Source of the DNA: Amoebidium appalachense
Lineage: Eukaryota; Protista; Ichthyosporea
Reading direction: 5' to 3'
DNA length: 64,000 bases
NCBI GenBank assembly: GCA_963693365.1
Contig: CAVNZM010000003.1
Location: forward strand, 10,012,101-10,076,100
Position numbers and translations under genes: made by a program. Position 1 is the first letter of the stretch, and each line of letters starts with the position of its first letter. Under the pieces are notes generated by a model that had not been told where the DNA came from, did no database searches, and was given only the letters and a program-made list of their open reading frames with translations. This document shows, one piece after another, positions 1-9,688 of the stretch.

Positions 1-140
1 TACACCAATTATCTTTCAAGAAAGAATAATTGCTGTGTATTCCACCAATCATGGTCTGGCGCTGAATCTAGGCTGCAGGCTATATAAGCTGCAGCCGAGA
101 GAAGCCTTGATCAGTCTTCCCTCACTCAGCGCCACTTGTA
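1..140 (+). repeat. Left terminal direct repeat of the YR retrotransposon (likely truncated by window start)
   Basis: tacaccaatt...gccacttgta identical to 3891-4030; contains TATATAA. Confidence 0.95.
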
Positions 141-212
141 AAGCGCTGAGTTGTTAGTGTGGGCTCACGATAGCTTGTAGATCGGCCCCTCCTCTGAGGG
201 CACTAAGTTGCC

Positions 213-3200
213 ATGACCGACCAGTACGCGACGCGTCTCACCGAGTTCCTGCCCAGCGCGGGCGACACCACAAGCGGTGCCCGCTCCGAACGCTGGGCCC
301 CCCCGCCATTGGTACTTATCAAGACCCGCACCCAAGTTGCCCTAGCCACCCCCGCACTTCGCGACGTTGCCAACCTCCTGTGTGAACAAGGGCTGTTCGA
401 TGGTCCCGAACCATTGGATCCTCAGTGGGGGTGGCTCGACAAGGTGTCTGCTGGTGCCCGGGAAGAGTGTTGCACACTCATTGGTGCTCTGTCTGCTCTC
501 ATCCAGGGTGCCAACCTTGCCGCGGCTAAGGCAACAACCGAGGGTCACATGATCAAGCTGCTGCTTCAGTACCAGTGTGACGTCGTCCACATGCTGGCCT
601 CCCGGCTCAACTACCAGAAGATGCGTGCTCAGTATGGTGCTGCAGTTGCCGATTTCGCCAAGGCCGAAGTTGAGGGTGTCAGCTCCCACGAGTTCCTGCC
701 CGCCTGGAACCGTGGTCTAGTGGCCGCCAGGCAGAAGGCCGCCAGCCTCCAGCTCGCCCACTCCAGTACTGCCCGCCGCAACCCCGCCCGTAGCGGAGGC
801 TTCGACAACGACCAGACTTCACCCAGCCCGTCCAATGGTGCCGGCCGTGGGCGTGGGGCTCCGTCCTCGTCGTGGGGCTCCCGCCCCGGCCGATCACTAA
901 CTGACGGCCCCGCGTCCCGTACACCCCACTCCCCTCTATCAGAGAGTACGGGATCACGCAGCGGAGTGGGCAAGGAACGGCGCCAGTTCCTTTGTCCTCA
1001 GATGGATTCGTCAGGGCGTCCTTCCTCGTTGGGGCCCTTCAGGCCCTCCCCCCCCAGCAGACCATGGCTACTATATCCCGGTGGACAATGTGCCCGAGTC
1101 TACCATGCTGGATCTGGCCCTGGAGATGGTGGCCCATGGCGAACTGGAGGAGATTTCTGTCAGCCAATCATATTGCGTTCATCCTTGCTTCACGGTCGCC
1201 AAATCCGATGGATCCCGACGACCAATCATCGATCCGTATTTGACCAATTCTGCATGCCTCCCCCTGCACACCAAGTTCGACAACCTCCACGACCTGGCAG
1301 TGTTGGCGCGGCGGGGGGATCTCGGCTTCAGCTTCGACCTGAAGTCGGGTTACCACGCTCTCTCCCTTCACCCGGCCATCCGCAAGTACTTCCAGTGCCG
1401 AGTCCAGGGCCGCCTGTTTCAGTACTGCGTCCTCCCCTTCGGTTGGTCGCAGAGCCCCTGGTTCTTCACCCAGCTCATGCGTTGCTTCGGACGTACTCTG
1501 CGCCGGCTTGGGGTACGGGCGTGTATTTATTTGGACGATTTTTTGATTGTCGATCGACCCCCCCGGATTTATGGGGTTCGGGACCGGGTGGCCCAGCTGT
1601 TGGCGGCCCACGGTCTGCAGCGCCAGCCCACCAAGGGTCACTGGGAACCGACCCACATCCTCGACCATTTGGGGGTCACCGTCGATCTGCTTCATGGCCA
1701 GTTACGCCCTACCTCGGCCTCTCTTGCCAAGATTCGGGAGGCCACAGCCCTGGTGATGGGTCATGCCCGTGTCTCTCGCCGCTTTGTGTCTGCCAAGCTC
1801 CTGTCCTGGTGGCTGGGCCTGGCGGTGAGTCTCCGGCCCGCGGTTCCCCATGTCCTGACCCTGATCCGGCCCGTCTACAGCGTTCTTTCGGGTCGCCCCG
1901 GCTCGTGGCGCCACAAGCTTCGACTTTCGGGCCGGCTCCTCCGCATCATCGGTTCCCTTCCGACCCGGATTCCCCAGCTTCCCCCGTACGAACTGTGGCC
2001 CCCTCCCCCCAGCGTCACTGTGACCACCGATGCTGCCACACTACAGGGTTGGGGCGCTGTTCTTTGTTCCCCACGCCGCCCGCCCGTTCTGCTGTCGGCT
2101 CCGTGGGACCCCCACGAACGCGGCCTGCCGAGCGCAGTCCTGGAGCTCCGTGCCCTCCTTCGCACTGTGGCACACCCGGCGGTCCGACCCGTTCTCTTTT
2201 CGACCCGTTGGCGGTGGCAGACGGACGCCCAGGCAGCCATGTACGCCGTGCGCCACAAAGCCAGCCCGCGCCCCTCCATGCAGTCCCAGCTGTACCGTCT
2301 CCTCCAGCTCTGTGGTCGCCTGTCGATTCCGTGGCCTCAGGAAGTCGAGTATCTCCCGGGCCTGGTCAACACAGTAGCCGACTCCCTCTCCCGGGGCCGG
2401 CTCGACCCGCGTCACGAATGGTGCGTGCTCCCTTCGGCCCTGACCCGGCTCGCGGCCCTATGGGCCATCCGCCCGACCCTCGACCCGTTTGCCAGCCCGC
2501 ACCACCACCTGGCACCCAGTTTTCACGTGTGGAGCACGCGTTTTGCTCGCCTCCCCCCCCACGTGACCGACGGCCTGCTAGCCCCGTGGGACCAGCCTTG
2601 CTGGTGGACCCCCCCGTTCCCCCTCATCCGTCGTGTCCTGACTCGCATCCAGTCCACCCAGGCCACTGGGATCTTGGTTGTCCCCCTCTGGCCGTCGGCC
2701 ATCTGGTGGCCGGTGCTGGTGACCCTGGCTCAGGCCGCGACCCCGCTCCACCCACACGAGATCTACTGGCCCCCGACAGCCCGCCCTTGGGAGATGTGGG
2801 CCTTCTTGATCACAGCCGATTCGCACACTGGATCGCCGCGACCGCCGCTCATGCTCCCCCTGCCCTCCAGTCCGCGGTCATCCAGTTGGCTACCGGCTCC
2901 TTGAGTGGCACGACGTGGACCACCTACCAGCGTGAGGTGGACCTCTACCTTCAGTTCACTTCCGCCTACGGCCTTGCCCCCTGGCCCATGGATACCCCGC
3001 GTGCCTTTGCGTTTGCTGCCCACATCGCCTCCACCCGTGCCGTCAAGCCTGAGTCCCTGGATTCCGTTTTTGCGGCACTGCGTAAGCTCCACGTTTTATG
3101 GGGTTTCCCCTACCCCGATCCCGAACTAATCGCCGCCGTCAAGAAGGGCTACGCCAAGCTTTATTACGCCCATCACCCGGAAATCCTGGAACCCGCCGCT

Positions 3201-3776
3201 CTCCCGTCCCCCGTGCTCCGTCAGATCTTCGATCTCGTTGTTCCCGATCCAGATGCTGGCCGGTGGCAGTTCCTTGTCGTCGTCTCGTTTCTCTTCGGCC
3301 TGCGTGTCTCCACCGCCGTTGCCTTGACCCCTTCATGTTTTGAATGGGGCAGTGATGGTTCCTTGTCCATCAAGTTGCCCTTCCGCAAGCAAGGCGCTGC
3401 CAAGCCCAAGCGGGTTGTTGGTCCCCGCCTCCTTCACGTCGACCTCCGCCTCTGGATCACCGAGCGCCTCCGACAATACGAAAATCTTCAGATCGATCGC
3501 ATCAGCCCCTCTGCTTCGTTTCAGGCGGCCAATCGGGCCCTCCGTGACCTGCTGCAGCTTTCCTCCCTGCCGCCGGCGCTCGTTACCGCGATACACTGGC
3601 ATTCCCTACGACACGCCATGGTGGACGCCTGTGGTGCGATTGGTGTGCCCGAAGGCTCCATCCGTCGTCTCGGCCACTGGGATTCCTCCGAGTTCCGTAA
3701 CTACGGTCAGCCCCGGGCGGAACAGTCCGCCGATCGATTTTTCTTTGGTGATCTGGCCCCGGTCCCTAGGTCCTAG
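213..3776 (+). CDS. Gag-like N-terminus fused in frame to C-terminal tyrosine recombinase (1187 aa)
   Basis: C-terminal ~320 aa carry YR catalytic motifs FGLRVST (R), HSLRH (HxxR), LGHWDS (H/W), FRNY (Y), preceded by the TWTTYQ SAM-like region; N-terminal ~230 aa helical gag-like (inferred from position); middle is the alternative frame of RT. Confidence 0.85.
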   Translation: MTDQYATRLTEFLPSAGDTTSGARSERWAPPPLVLIKTRTQVALATPALRDVANLLCEQGLFDGPEPLDPQWGWLDKVSAGAREECCTLIGALSALIQGANLAAAKATTEGHMIKLLLQYQCDVVHMLASRLNYQKMRAQYGAAVADFAKAEVEGVSSHEFLPAWNRGLVAARQKAASLQLAHSSTARRNPARSGGFDNDQTSPSPSNGAGRGRGAPSSSWGSRPGRSLTDGPASRTPHSPLSESTGSRSGVGKERRQFLCPQMDSSGRPSSLGPFRPSPPSRPWLLYPGGQCARVYHAGSGPGDGGPWRTGGDFCQPIILRSSLLHGRQIRWIPTTNHRSVFDQFCMPPPAHQVRQPPRPGSVGAAGGSRLQLRPEVGLPRSLPSPGHPQVLPVPSPGPPVSVLRPPLRLVAEPLVLHPAHALLRTYSAPAWGTGVYLFGRFFDCRSTPPDLWGSGPGGPAVGGPRSAAPAHQGSLGTDPHPRPFGGHRRSASWPVTPYLGLSCQDSGGHSPGDGSCPCLSPLCVCQAPVLVAGPGGESPARGSPCPDPDPARLQRSFGSPRLVAPQASTFGPAPPHHRFPSDPDSPASPVRTVAPSPQRHCDHRCCHTTGLGRCSLFPTPPARSAVGSVGPPRTRPAERSPGAPCPPSHCGTPGGPTRSLFDPLAVADGRPGSHVRRAPQSQPAPLHAVPAVPSPPALWSPVDSVASGSRVSPGPGQHSSRLPLPGPARPASRMVRAPFGPDPARGPMGHPPDPRPVCQPAPPPGTQFSRVEHAFCSPPPPRDRRPASPVGPALLVDPPVPPHPSCPDSHPVHPGHWDLGCPPLAVGHLVAGAGDPGSGRDPAPPTRDLLAPDSPPLGDVGLLDHSRFAHWIAATAAHAPPALQSAVIQLATGSLSGTTWTTYQREVDLYLQFTSAYGLAPWPMDTPRAFAFAAHIASTRAVKPESLDSVFAALRKLHVLWGFPYPDPELIAAVKKGYAKLYYAHHPEILEPAALPSPVLRQIFDLVVPDPDAGRWQFLVVVSFLFGLRVSTAVALTPSCFEWGSDGSLSIKLPFRKQGAAKPKRVVGPRLLHVDLRLWITERLRQYENLQIDRISPSASFQAANRALRDLLQLSSLPPALVTAIHWHSLRHAMVDACGAIGVPEGSIRRLGHWDSSEFRNYGQPRAEQSADRFFFGDLAPVPRS
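901..2904 (+). CDS. Reverse transcriptase - RNase H - adenine methyltransferase-like polyprotein (frame open from 901; ORF track start 1081)
   Basis: RT motifs FTVAKSDGSRRPIID, FDLKSGYH, VLPFGWSQSP, IYLDDFL, HLG; DIRS RNase H TDAATLQGWGA, LELRA, TD, NTVADSLSR; MTase-like LDPFAS and WWTPPFPLI...LVVPLWP. Confidence 0.93.
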   Translation: MTAPRPVHPTPLYQRVRDHAAEWARNGASSFVLRWIRQGVLPRWGPSGPPPPADHGYYIPVDNVPESTMLDLALEMVAHGELEEISVSQSYCVHPCFTVAKSDGSRRPIIDPYLTNSACLPLHTKFDNLHDLAVLARRGDLGFSFDLKSGYHALSLHPAIRKYFQCRVQGRLFQYCVLPFGWSQSPWFFTQLMRCFGRTLRRLGVRACIYLDDFLIVDRPPRIYGVRDRVAQLLAAHGLQRQPTKGHWEPTHILDHLGVTVDLLHGQLRPTSASLAKIREATALVMGHARVSRRFVSAKLLSWWLGLAVSLRPAVPHVLTLIRPVYSVLSGRPGSWRHKLRLSGRLLRIIGSLPTRIPQLPPYELWPPPPSVTVTTDAATLQGWGAVLCSPRRPPVLLSAPWDPHERGLPSAVLELRALLRTVAHPAVRPVLFSTRWRWQTDAQAAMYAVRHKASPRPSMQSQLYRLLQLCGRLSIPWPQEVEYLPGLVNTVADSLSRGRLDPRHEWCVLPSALTRLAALWAIRPTLDPFASPHHHLAPSFHVWSTRFARLPPHVTDGLLAPWDQPCWWTPPFPLIRRVLTRIQSTQATGILVVPLWPSAIWWPVLVTLAQAATPLHPHEIYWPPTARPWEMWAFLITADSHTGSPRPPLMLPLPSSPRSSSWLPAP

Positions 3777-3890
3777 GTTTTCGTTCGCCCTTTTGTTTGG
3801 TCGCAGTAGCAATTGGATTCTCAGAAGCCAATCATCAATAGTGAAACTATTTCGATTGGTTCTTCGAATCATTGACCTGATTGGGTGTAA

Positions 3891-4030
3891 TACACCAATT
3901 ATCTTTCAAGAAAGAATAATTGCTGTGTATTCCACCAATCATGGTCTGGCGCTGAATCTAGGCTGCAGGCTATATAAGCTGCAGCCGAGAGAAGCCTTGA
4001 TCAGTCTTCCCTCACTCAGCGCCACTTGTA
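3891..4030 (+). repeat. Second copy of the terminal direct repeat
   Basis: Identical to 1-140. Confidence 0.95.
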
Positions 4031-4709
4031 CCCAACCCATCCCGCCCGCGTCTTCCTTTGCTCTCACTCAGTTTTTGTCTGCGCGCACACACGATTGATA
4101 GTTAGATTTGGGGTGGTACTGCCGTGTGGTCGCAGGCTTTCACTTTTACCGATCTCTTTGTGATTGACTGGTAACTGGTTTGCCGATCCCAGCCGATCTC
4201 AGCCGATCTCAGCTGTTTGAGCTCAATAAAATTGAAAGGAATTGGATTCTCAGAAGCCAATCGGCCCCCTGCACAGCACAGAGCGCAGGCTGATGTACGG
4301 GAAGGTGTCTCCAGGACACGTAGGCGCACTCATTGAATTCCTCATCTATATATGGAGCGCCAGGCTCGTATTCTATTGGCTACTATTTGATGGTATTTTA
4401 CCCGATATGACGCAATCACACCAGAGGGGGCAGGGGGCCGCGTGGTCCGTTTTGCTGCGCCCATCCAACCAGTGCGTCTCGATCGTATTAAGGGATACGG
4501 GATCGCGCGGCTCGAATACTTTCTGGCGCCGCTCAGATCGATATCTATCTGGATTGAGTGGGCTTGATCTGCATATTGGGCACCTAAGATCGTGTGGCCG
4601 AGCTATACCATGTACACACGGCATGCCACACACGTGTCCGGACAAAACTGCGCTGCACATTTTTCATGAAGGCGGGTTGTTTTCTAACTATATATGTTAG
4701 GCACTCACA

Positions 4710-5552
4710 ATGCCAACTTGCGCGGCTAACTACTGCAAAAATGACGAAGAAACAGTCTCTCCCAAAGATCCTACCAGGAAGATAAAGCTTTTTACTGTTC
4801 CATATGGATGCAAACCAAATGTATTGGCTAGGAGGCATGCTTGGTTAAATGCTATAGGCAGGCAGGAGCAAACAAAGTATGAGCGGAAACAAATAGCAGA
4901 ACACACAAAGCAAGCACCCCCCGACCCAGACATACACACAGACACATTGTCAAGGCCAAAGGCCTCGGATGGGACAGACGTAAATACAGACACAACCACT
5001 ACTGAGACACACACAGCTGACACACAATCCGAAAATGCCAATGACTCGGCTGTGCCAGCTGAGTAGTCGGCACAAGAACCACAACCAAAGAGGAAACGGG
5101 GGCAACCGAAGGTGGAAGTCCCCTGGCCACTGGCTATCCTTAAGCAACTGGTTGTATGCGAGGCACATTTCACCGATGATGATATTACTGCTAAGAATGG
5201 AAAACTGAAATTAACAAAGAATGCATGTCCCATCCGAATGGAACTAGACCCGATGTACAGAGAGAAGGTACAGCTATTGAGGGAGGAAAGGGCCAATAGT
5301 CATATGCAAGCTGTAGGAATGGATGCCTCAGATATTGAGCAAACACGGAAACGTGCGAGGGAGCGGGGGGAGACGAGCAGTGAGAGGGCTTTTGGGCGCA
5401 TGAAAAATTATCGGCTGTTTAGCAATCAGGTGCAGATGTCGATGGTAGGCACCCATTGGATGGTAGCTAAGGCTGTGGCTTTCTTGTGTAACATGCAAGA
5501 GCCACTATATAAGGATATGGTGGGGCCCGGGCACACCAAAAGCATGGTGTAG
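4710..5552 (+). pseudogene. Internally deleted THAP + DDE_Tnp_4-type (ISL2EU/Harbinger-like) transposase
   Basis: THAP motifs MPTCAANYC, LFTVP, RHAWLNAIGR and VCEAHF...LTKNACP in one frame with one TAG at 5064-5066; tail TRKRARER..SERAFGRMKNYRLF...FLCNMQEPL resembles the third-catalytic-residue region of DDE_Tnp_4; HTH and first two Asp regions not seen. Confidence 0.75.
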
Positions 5553-5595
5553 AATTTTCGTTTTCGATTGCCTCTCCCTAAAGCCCCCTTCTCTG

Positions 5596-5632
<37 letters not shown>

Positions 5633-5640
5633 TCTTTTTT

Positions 5641-5683
<43 letters not shown>

Positions 5684-5877
5684 AAAATATGAATGAATGC
5701 TTGCATGTATGTATTCGGCCAGTAGGGCTCCACTTTTCCTGTATAGGAAAATAATAATAATAATTGAAATTATTATGTATTTGTGTGCCAAGTACAACCT
5801 TGAGTCGTTCTCCCCCCCCCCCCCCCCCCCCCCCCCCTCCCCCCTTCACACACACACACAACCACGCACACACGGAA

Positions 5878-5944
<67 letters not shown>

Positions 5945-5998
5945 TTTGCACACACGCACGCATGCACGCCCCCCCCACACACACACACACACACACAC

Positions 5999-6029
<31 letters not shown>

Positions 6030-6206
6030 GGGCAGCCTGGTAGGCACGTATGCAAACACCAAGGGGGGAGGAGGGCCCGGGGGGAGGGAGGAGGGGGGGG
6101 GGGTAGGAAACATATGCAGGCACCAGGGTCTGGTACATTGCTCTCAGATTTGACACACGGTCTTCATTCATTCATTATAGGTTCACTAGATCGGTCAGAA
6201 GATTAC

Positions 6207-6246
<40 letters not shown>

Positions 6247-6329
6247 ACCCCCACACACACACACACACACAGTACACATTATGAAAGATAACGTAAACAA
6301 AAAAAAAAAAAAAAAAAAAAAAAAAAGGA

Positions 6330-7724
6330 AGGAAAACAGAATCATTCAGTTGTTTTTCAGTGTTCGTGTTCTTCTTCTTCTTCTTCCACTTTTTGTGGTT
6401 TTCTGCCCTGTATGATGGATACATTTGCACCATAAACTTTTCATTCCAGGTAAAACTATACTTGTGTCCAGTAGGGTCTATTTGCTGTACAAATGCACGG
6501 AGCCCTACAAGGTCAGGCTTGTATGATTGGGCCAATTCTTCTACACTTGGTCCTACTATCCGCCTCTTTTTCGTACCATCTGCATATTGCATCTCTATAA
6601 CCTGAAGTTCACCCTCATCATTGCATCTCTATATTATTAACCTCATCACCTCAGCCCCGTTTTCATACGTTCCATGTTCGTATTCAAGATCCCACCACTC
6701 AACCTCTTCCTCCACTGCTTCACCTCCTTTCCGTCCGATTTCGACTCTTCCTGCCCGTTCGTCCCCACCCTGCTTGTTTTCTGTGCTTTTAACGAGCTTT
6801 TCCTTCCCTCTTTTCCCCTTTCTGACCCGTTGGATATGCTGGAGCAGATCTGTGAACACAACCCCCGCAGCTACCGGCCTTCCCTCGCGTTCCCAGGCCC
6901 GGCACGCCTCACTTACAGCTGCGTGCAAAGTGCCCATGCCAATTCCCCTGAGCTTTTTCACATAATCACAGCCATTCACAATAGCAAAATAACGCAGTAT
7001 TTCTATATCCCATCCGTCGAAGTTGTACTTTGTGCTTCTGGTAAAAACATCGGCGGGGGTTACAATCACTCCGTACAGTTTGGGAATGCGCACCGCATTA
7101 GCGGTCCCAGGGATGACCGCCGCATCCGCAATGCGCAGTTTGTATACAACCCGCGGGATGTTATACAGAAGAAGGTCGGCATCCTCAGTGACAACAGTGT
7201 GTGCCAAACCGGTACGTGCCATATAGGCAAGCTGGGGGTCTGCTTTGTATGGAGCTACTGTTTAATCGACATTCTCATCTTTCAGTCTAAGGATGATTGC
7301 ATGTAAAACTCTGTTATCTAACTCTGCAGCGCTTCTCCATTTGTTTTTTAGTTACCTCCTCCTGTTTCTCTCTTTTTGTGGCTATTTCTTGGCGGGCTTT
7401 GACCACCTTTTCTGCACGGTCGTTATCAACTAGTTTTCCCTCTTTCAATCTGCGCCCATCAAACACATAGTGTGGCTGGACCCCTGCTAGCCTATACGTA
7501 TTAACTTTGGACATAAAGTGATTTGCAATAGCTGTATATGTGTCGTCTGTGACTTTTTTGTCATCTATTTGCTGTTTGGCTACTGTGTCAGCGAAAACTG
7601 AAAAGGACTTGTGGACCTGCACCATCCCGTCAAAAGCAACTACCCCACGTTGCAACTCTGCAGTAACATCTGTGGCTTTTTCGGCACTAATGCCGAGTGC
7701 TGGGAGCAAGCCCTGCACACCCAT
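6330..7724 (-). pseudogene. Intronless EXO1/XPG(FEN1)-family 5' nuclease, disrupted
   Basis: XPG-N: MGVQGLL, VAFDG, VQPHYVFDG; XPG-I: VAPYKADPQLAY (EAD>KAD), VTEDADLL; H3TH: GCDYVKKLRGIG; frameshift near 7316, stops near 7262 and 6629; 3' end approximate. Confidence 0.85.
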
Positions 7725-7830
7725 GGTAAAAGTGCATGTATTCAAAGTAGTTTCTTTTCATGAAAAAAATTCTTTCGGGTTGTGCGCCCTCTGCGTTAAC
7801 GTGCGAACACAAAACTCGTTGTACGGTGTG

Positions 7831-7880
7831 GGGTTTACACACTTTTTATTGCGTGGACATTGCCGGAGGCCCAGCCACAT
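7831..7880. repeat. 50-bp dispersed element, copy 1
   Basis: gggtttacac...cccagccacat identical to 28118-28167. Confidence 0.9.
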
Positions 7881-7990
7881 TCGACGGCCTACTGCGTTTT
7901 CCAGCACAGCCAATCAAATGCAGCCAGTGACATATGTACATGCTAGGCAACAATGAGCGCCATCGTAGTATCTGACACCCCTATTACATA

Positions 7991-8900
7991 TTATGGGTAA
8001 GCAGATGCTAGCATCGGTAGCTCCGACAGAAAGTTAAGGCACCGGATCACAATATCATACTGTGCAGCATTAATAAGGTGATCTAGGATAGTCATCTTAA
8101 AACGGATATATTGAGGAAGAGATGAAGAAAAGAGAATAAAACCGCCAATAACCTCCGGTTCTAATACATTAGCTAACAGGTTGCATTTATTGATAGATAT
8201 GCCGCAGCCGCGAGTAAACCGCCCCCCACACATATTACACATACGAGCAGGAGACACCAGAAACCGATTACACCGCCAAGCCATAATCATCTTTGCGTTT
8301 TTACACCACACCACATTACGAATAAACGAATCTATGTATGAACGAGACTCTCTAACCGTATCCGCCATATAGGCTACTAGTAGTTGGTGTTTGTGCGGTC
8401 CTAACACCGGAAGGGCCTCAACACGTAGAGTAAAAAGATATCTATCAGCCATAGACTTGAAACTATTCATATTCACACTATGATCTAGCCGTACCTCCGG
8501 GGGGGTCGCCAGCCATTCCACATAGCGCTCGGCAATGGGCAGAGACGATGGGGAAGGGAAGAGGTACAGGGGCGAATCCGGCGGGGATGCGTGTAGCCGG
8601 AAGAGCGGGTGGTCCGGGGCACAAGCGGACAGGCGGGTGATGTGCTCGTGAAATTTAAGGGCTAATTCGTGTACGCGTTGTGATGGTGGTGTGAGTGCGT
8701 AGAGAGAATCAAAAAGGCGTCTAGGGATAGGTGTGGAAAGACCAGTGAGAAACATACAACAAGTTGTGTAATGGAAATCATCTAATGATTTGAGGACATT
8801 AGTAACAGTATCAGGGGGTGCCATAGCTAGTAAGGGCAACCCGTATTCCGGGTGCGTAGCAACGCGTTACGGAATCAGGGGGAAAAAAGGCGGCGCCAGA
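7991..8900 (-). mobile_element. 3' fragment of a non-LTR retrotransposon ORF (post-RT region with Cys motif)
   Basis: PEYGL immediately upstream of the 8839 ORF, then WRCNRF..CNMCGGRFTRGC...TILDHLIN; pattern recalled from fungal-type LINE C-termini; RT core absent. Confidence 0.55.
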
Positions 8901-9688
8901 AAGAAATCGGGGACCACTCAAAATCGCCGATCCCGTATCCCTTAATGCCCGGCCTCCTTCGGTGACCGAGGCAAAGTAGCCGAGGTATTTCTGTGGGGCA
9001 CCCGAAACAGTTCTATCCCCTCGGAGCGCTTGGTAAGGGTTGGGTAAATGGGATCTGGCTGTGTGGAAGGACACCCCTATGCACCCCGCCTGCTCTGCTT
9101 CCTCGACACTCAAATAATCGCCAGGGAGATAGAAGTTTAGGCGCCTTAGTTTCTCTCGCTTTGAAATCTCCAGAGTACGTATCACCTTGTCCCTTGCAAG
9201 TGCCGCTTCCACTTCTGTCGCGTAGATCCCGCCGTATGAGAAACACCATCCTTCGGAAAATGCACTTGCCAAGGCTTTTGGATATTGCTAATATTGTAGG
9301 TTACGCCCTTGTACACTGACCATTTCGTCTTTGTTGCTTTCTTTGCCCACCAATCCTCTGCCCAATCCAAATCATCGGCTGTCGGTTTGAATTTACGCAA
9401 ATTCCTGAGGCTAACATTTTTATAACCCAGGTATCGGTGAGCCAACACCCCCTTCTGCACCAACAAATCAATGGCCAAATCCCGCTGCCGTGCAGCCGTG
9501 CGACTGTTTTCGTAGTAACCGATATGCATGATGCCTCCTATCTGTGCACCCCATTTGCCCGCTTTACCTCTCCAATATCCCCGGGGATATACTCCCCGGT
9601 AGTGTTGGCCTGTGTCTTTCACATTTCGGGTCGCAAATGGGCGAACGGGCCCAAAGAGTGTCTGCCAGCCGCGCGACCTTCCCTGCAT
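8900..9688 (-). pseudogene. Tandem AP2 DNA-binding domain protein (2, probably 3 domains), one frameshift
   Basis: YRGVY..GKWGAQI..HIGYYENSRTAARQRD; SVYKGVTY..KPWQVHF..AG/IYATEVEAALARDK..RLNF (frameshift ~9228); GCIGVSFH..PYQA..KYLGYFASVTEGGRALRD. Confidence 0.75.

Larger units (their letters stand above)
1..4262 (+). mobile_element. Tyrosine-recombinase retrotransposon (DIRS order, PAT-like: direct/split repeats plus MTase domain); 5' end probably cut by window edge
   Basis: Uninterrupted overlapping RT-RNaseH-MTase and gag-YR frames; 1-140 repeated directly at 3891-4030; 23-bp repeat at 3811-3833 and 4240-4262 taken as tentative right end. Confidence 0.9.

Noticed and set aside
3340-4098. 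252-aa ORF overlapping the YR end
   Set aside because: No recognisable motifs; runs through terminal repeat, likely incidental
4290-7990. TIRs bounding the THAP/EXO1 unit (4305-4337 vs 7950-7981)
   Set aside because: Similarity too weak and no TSD
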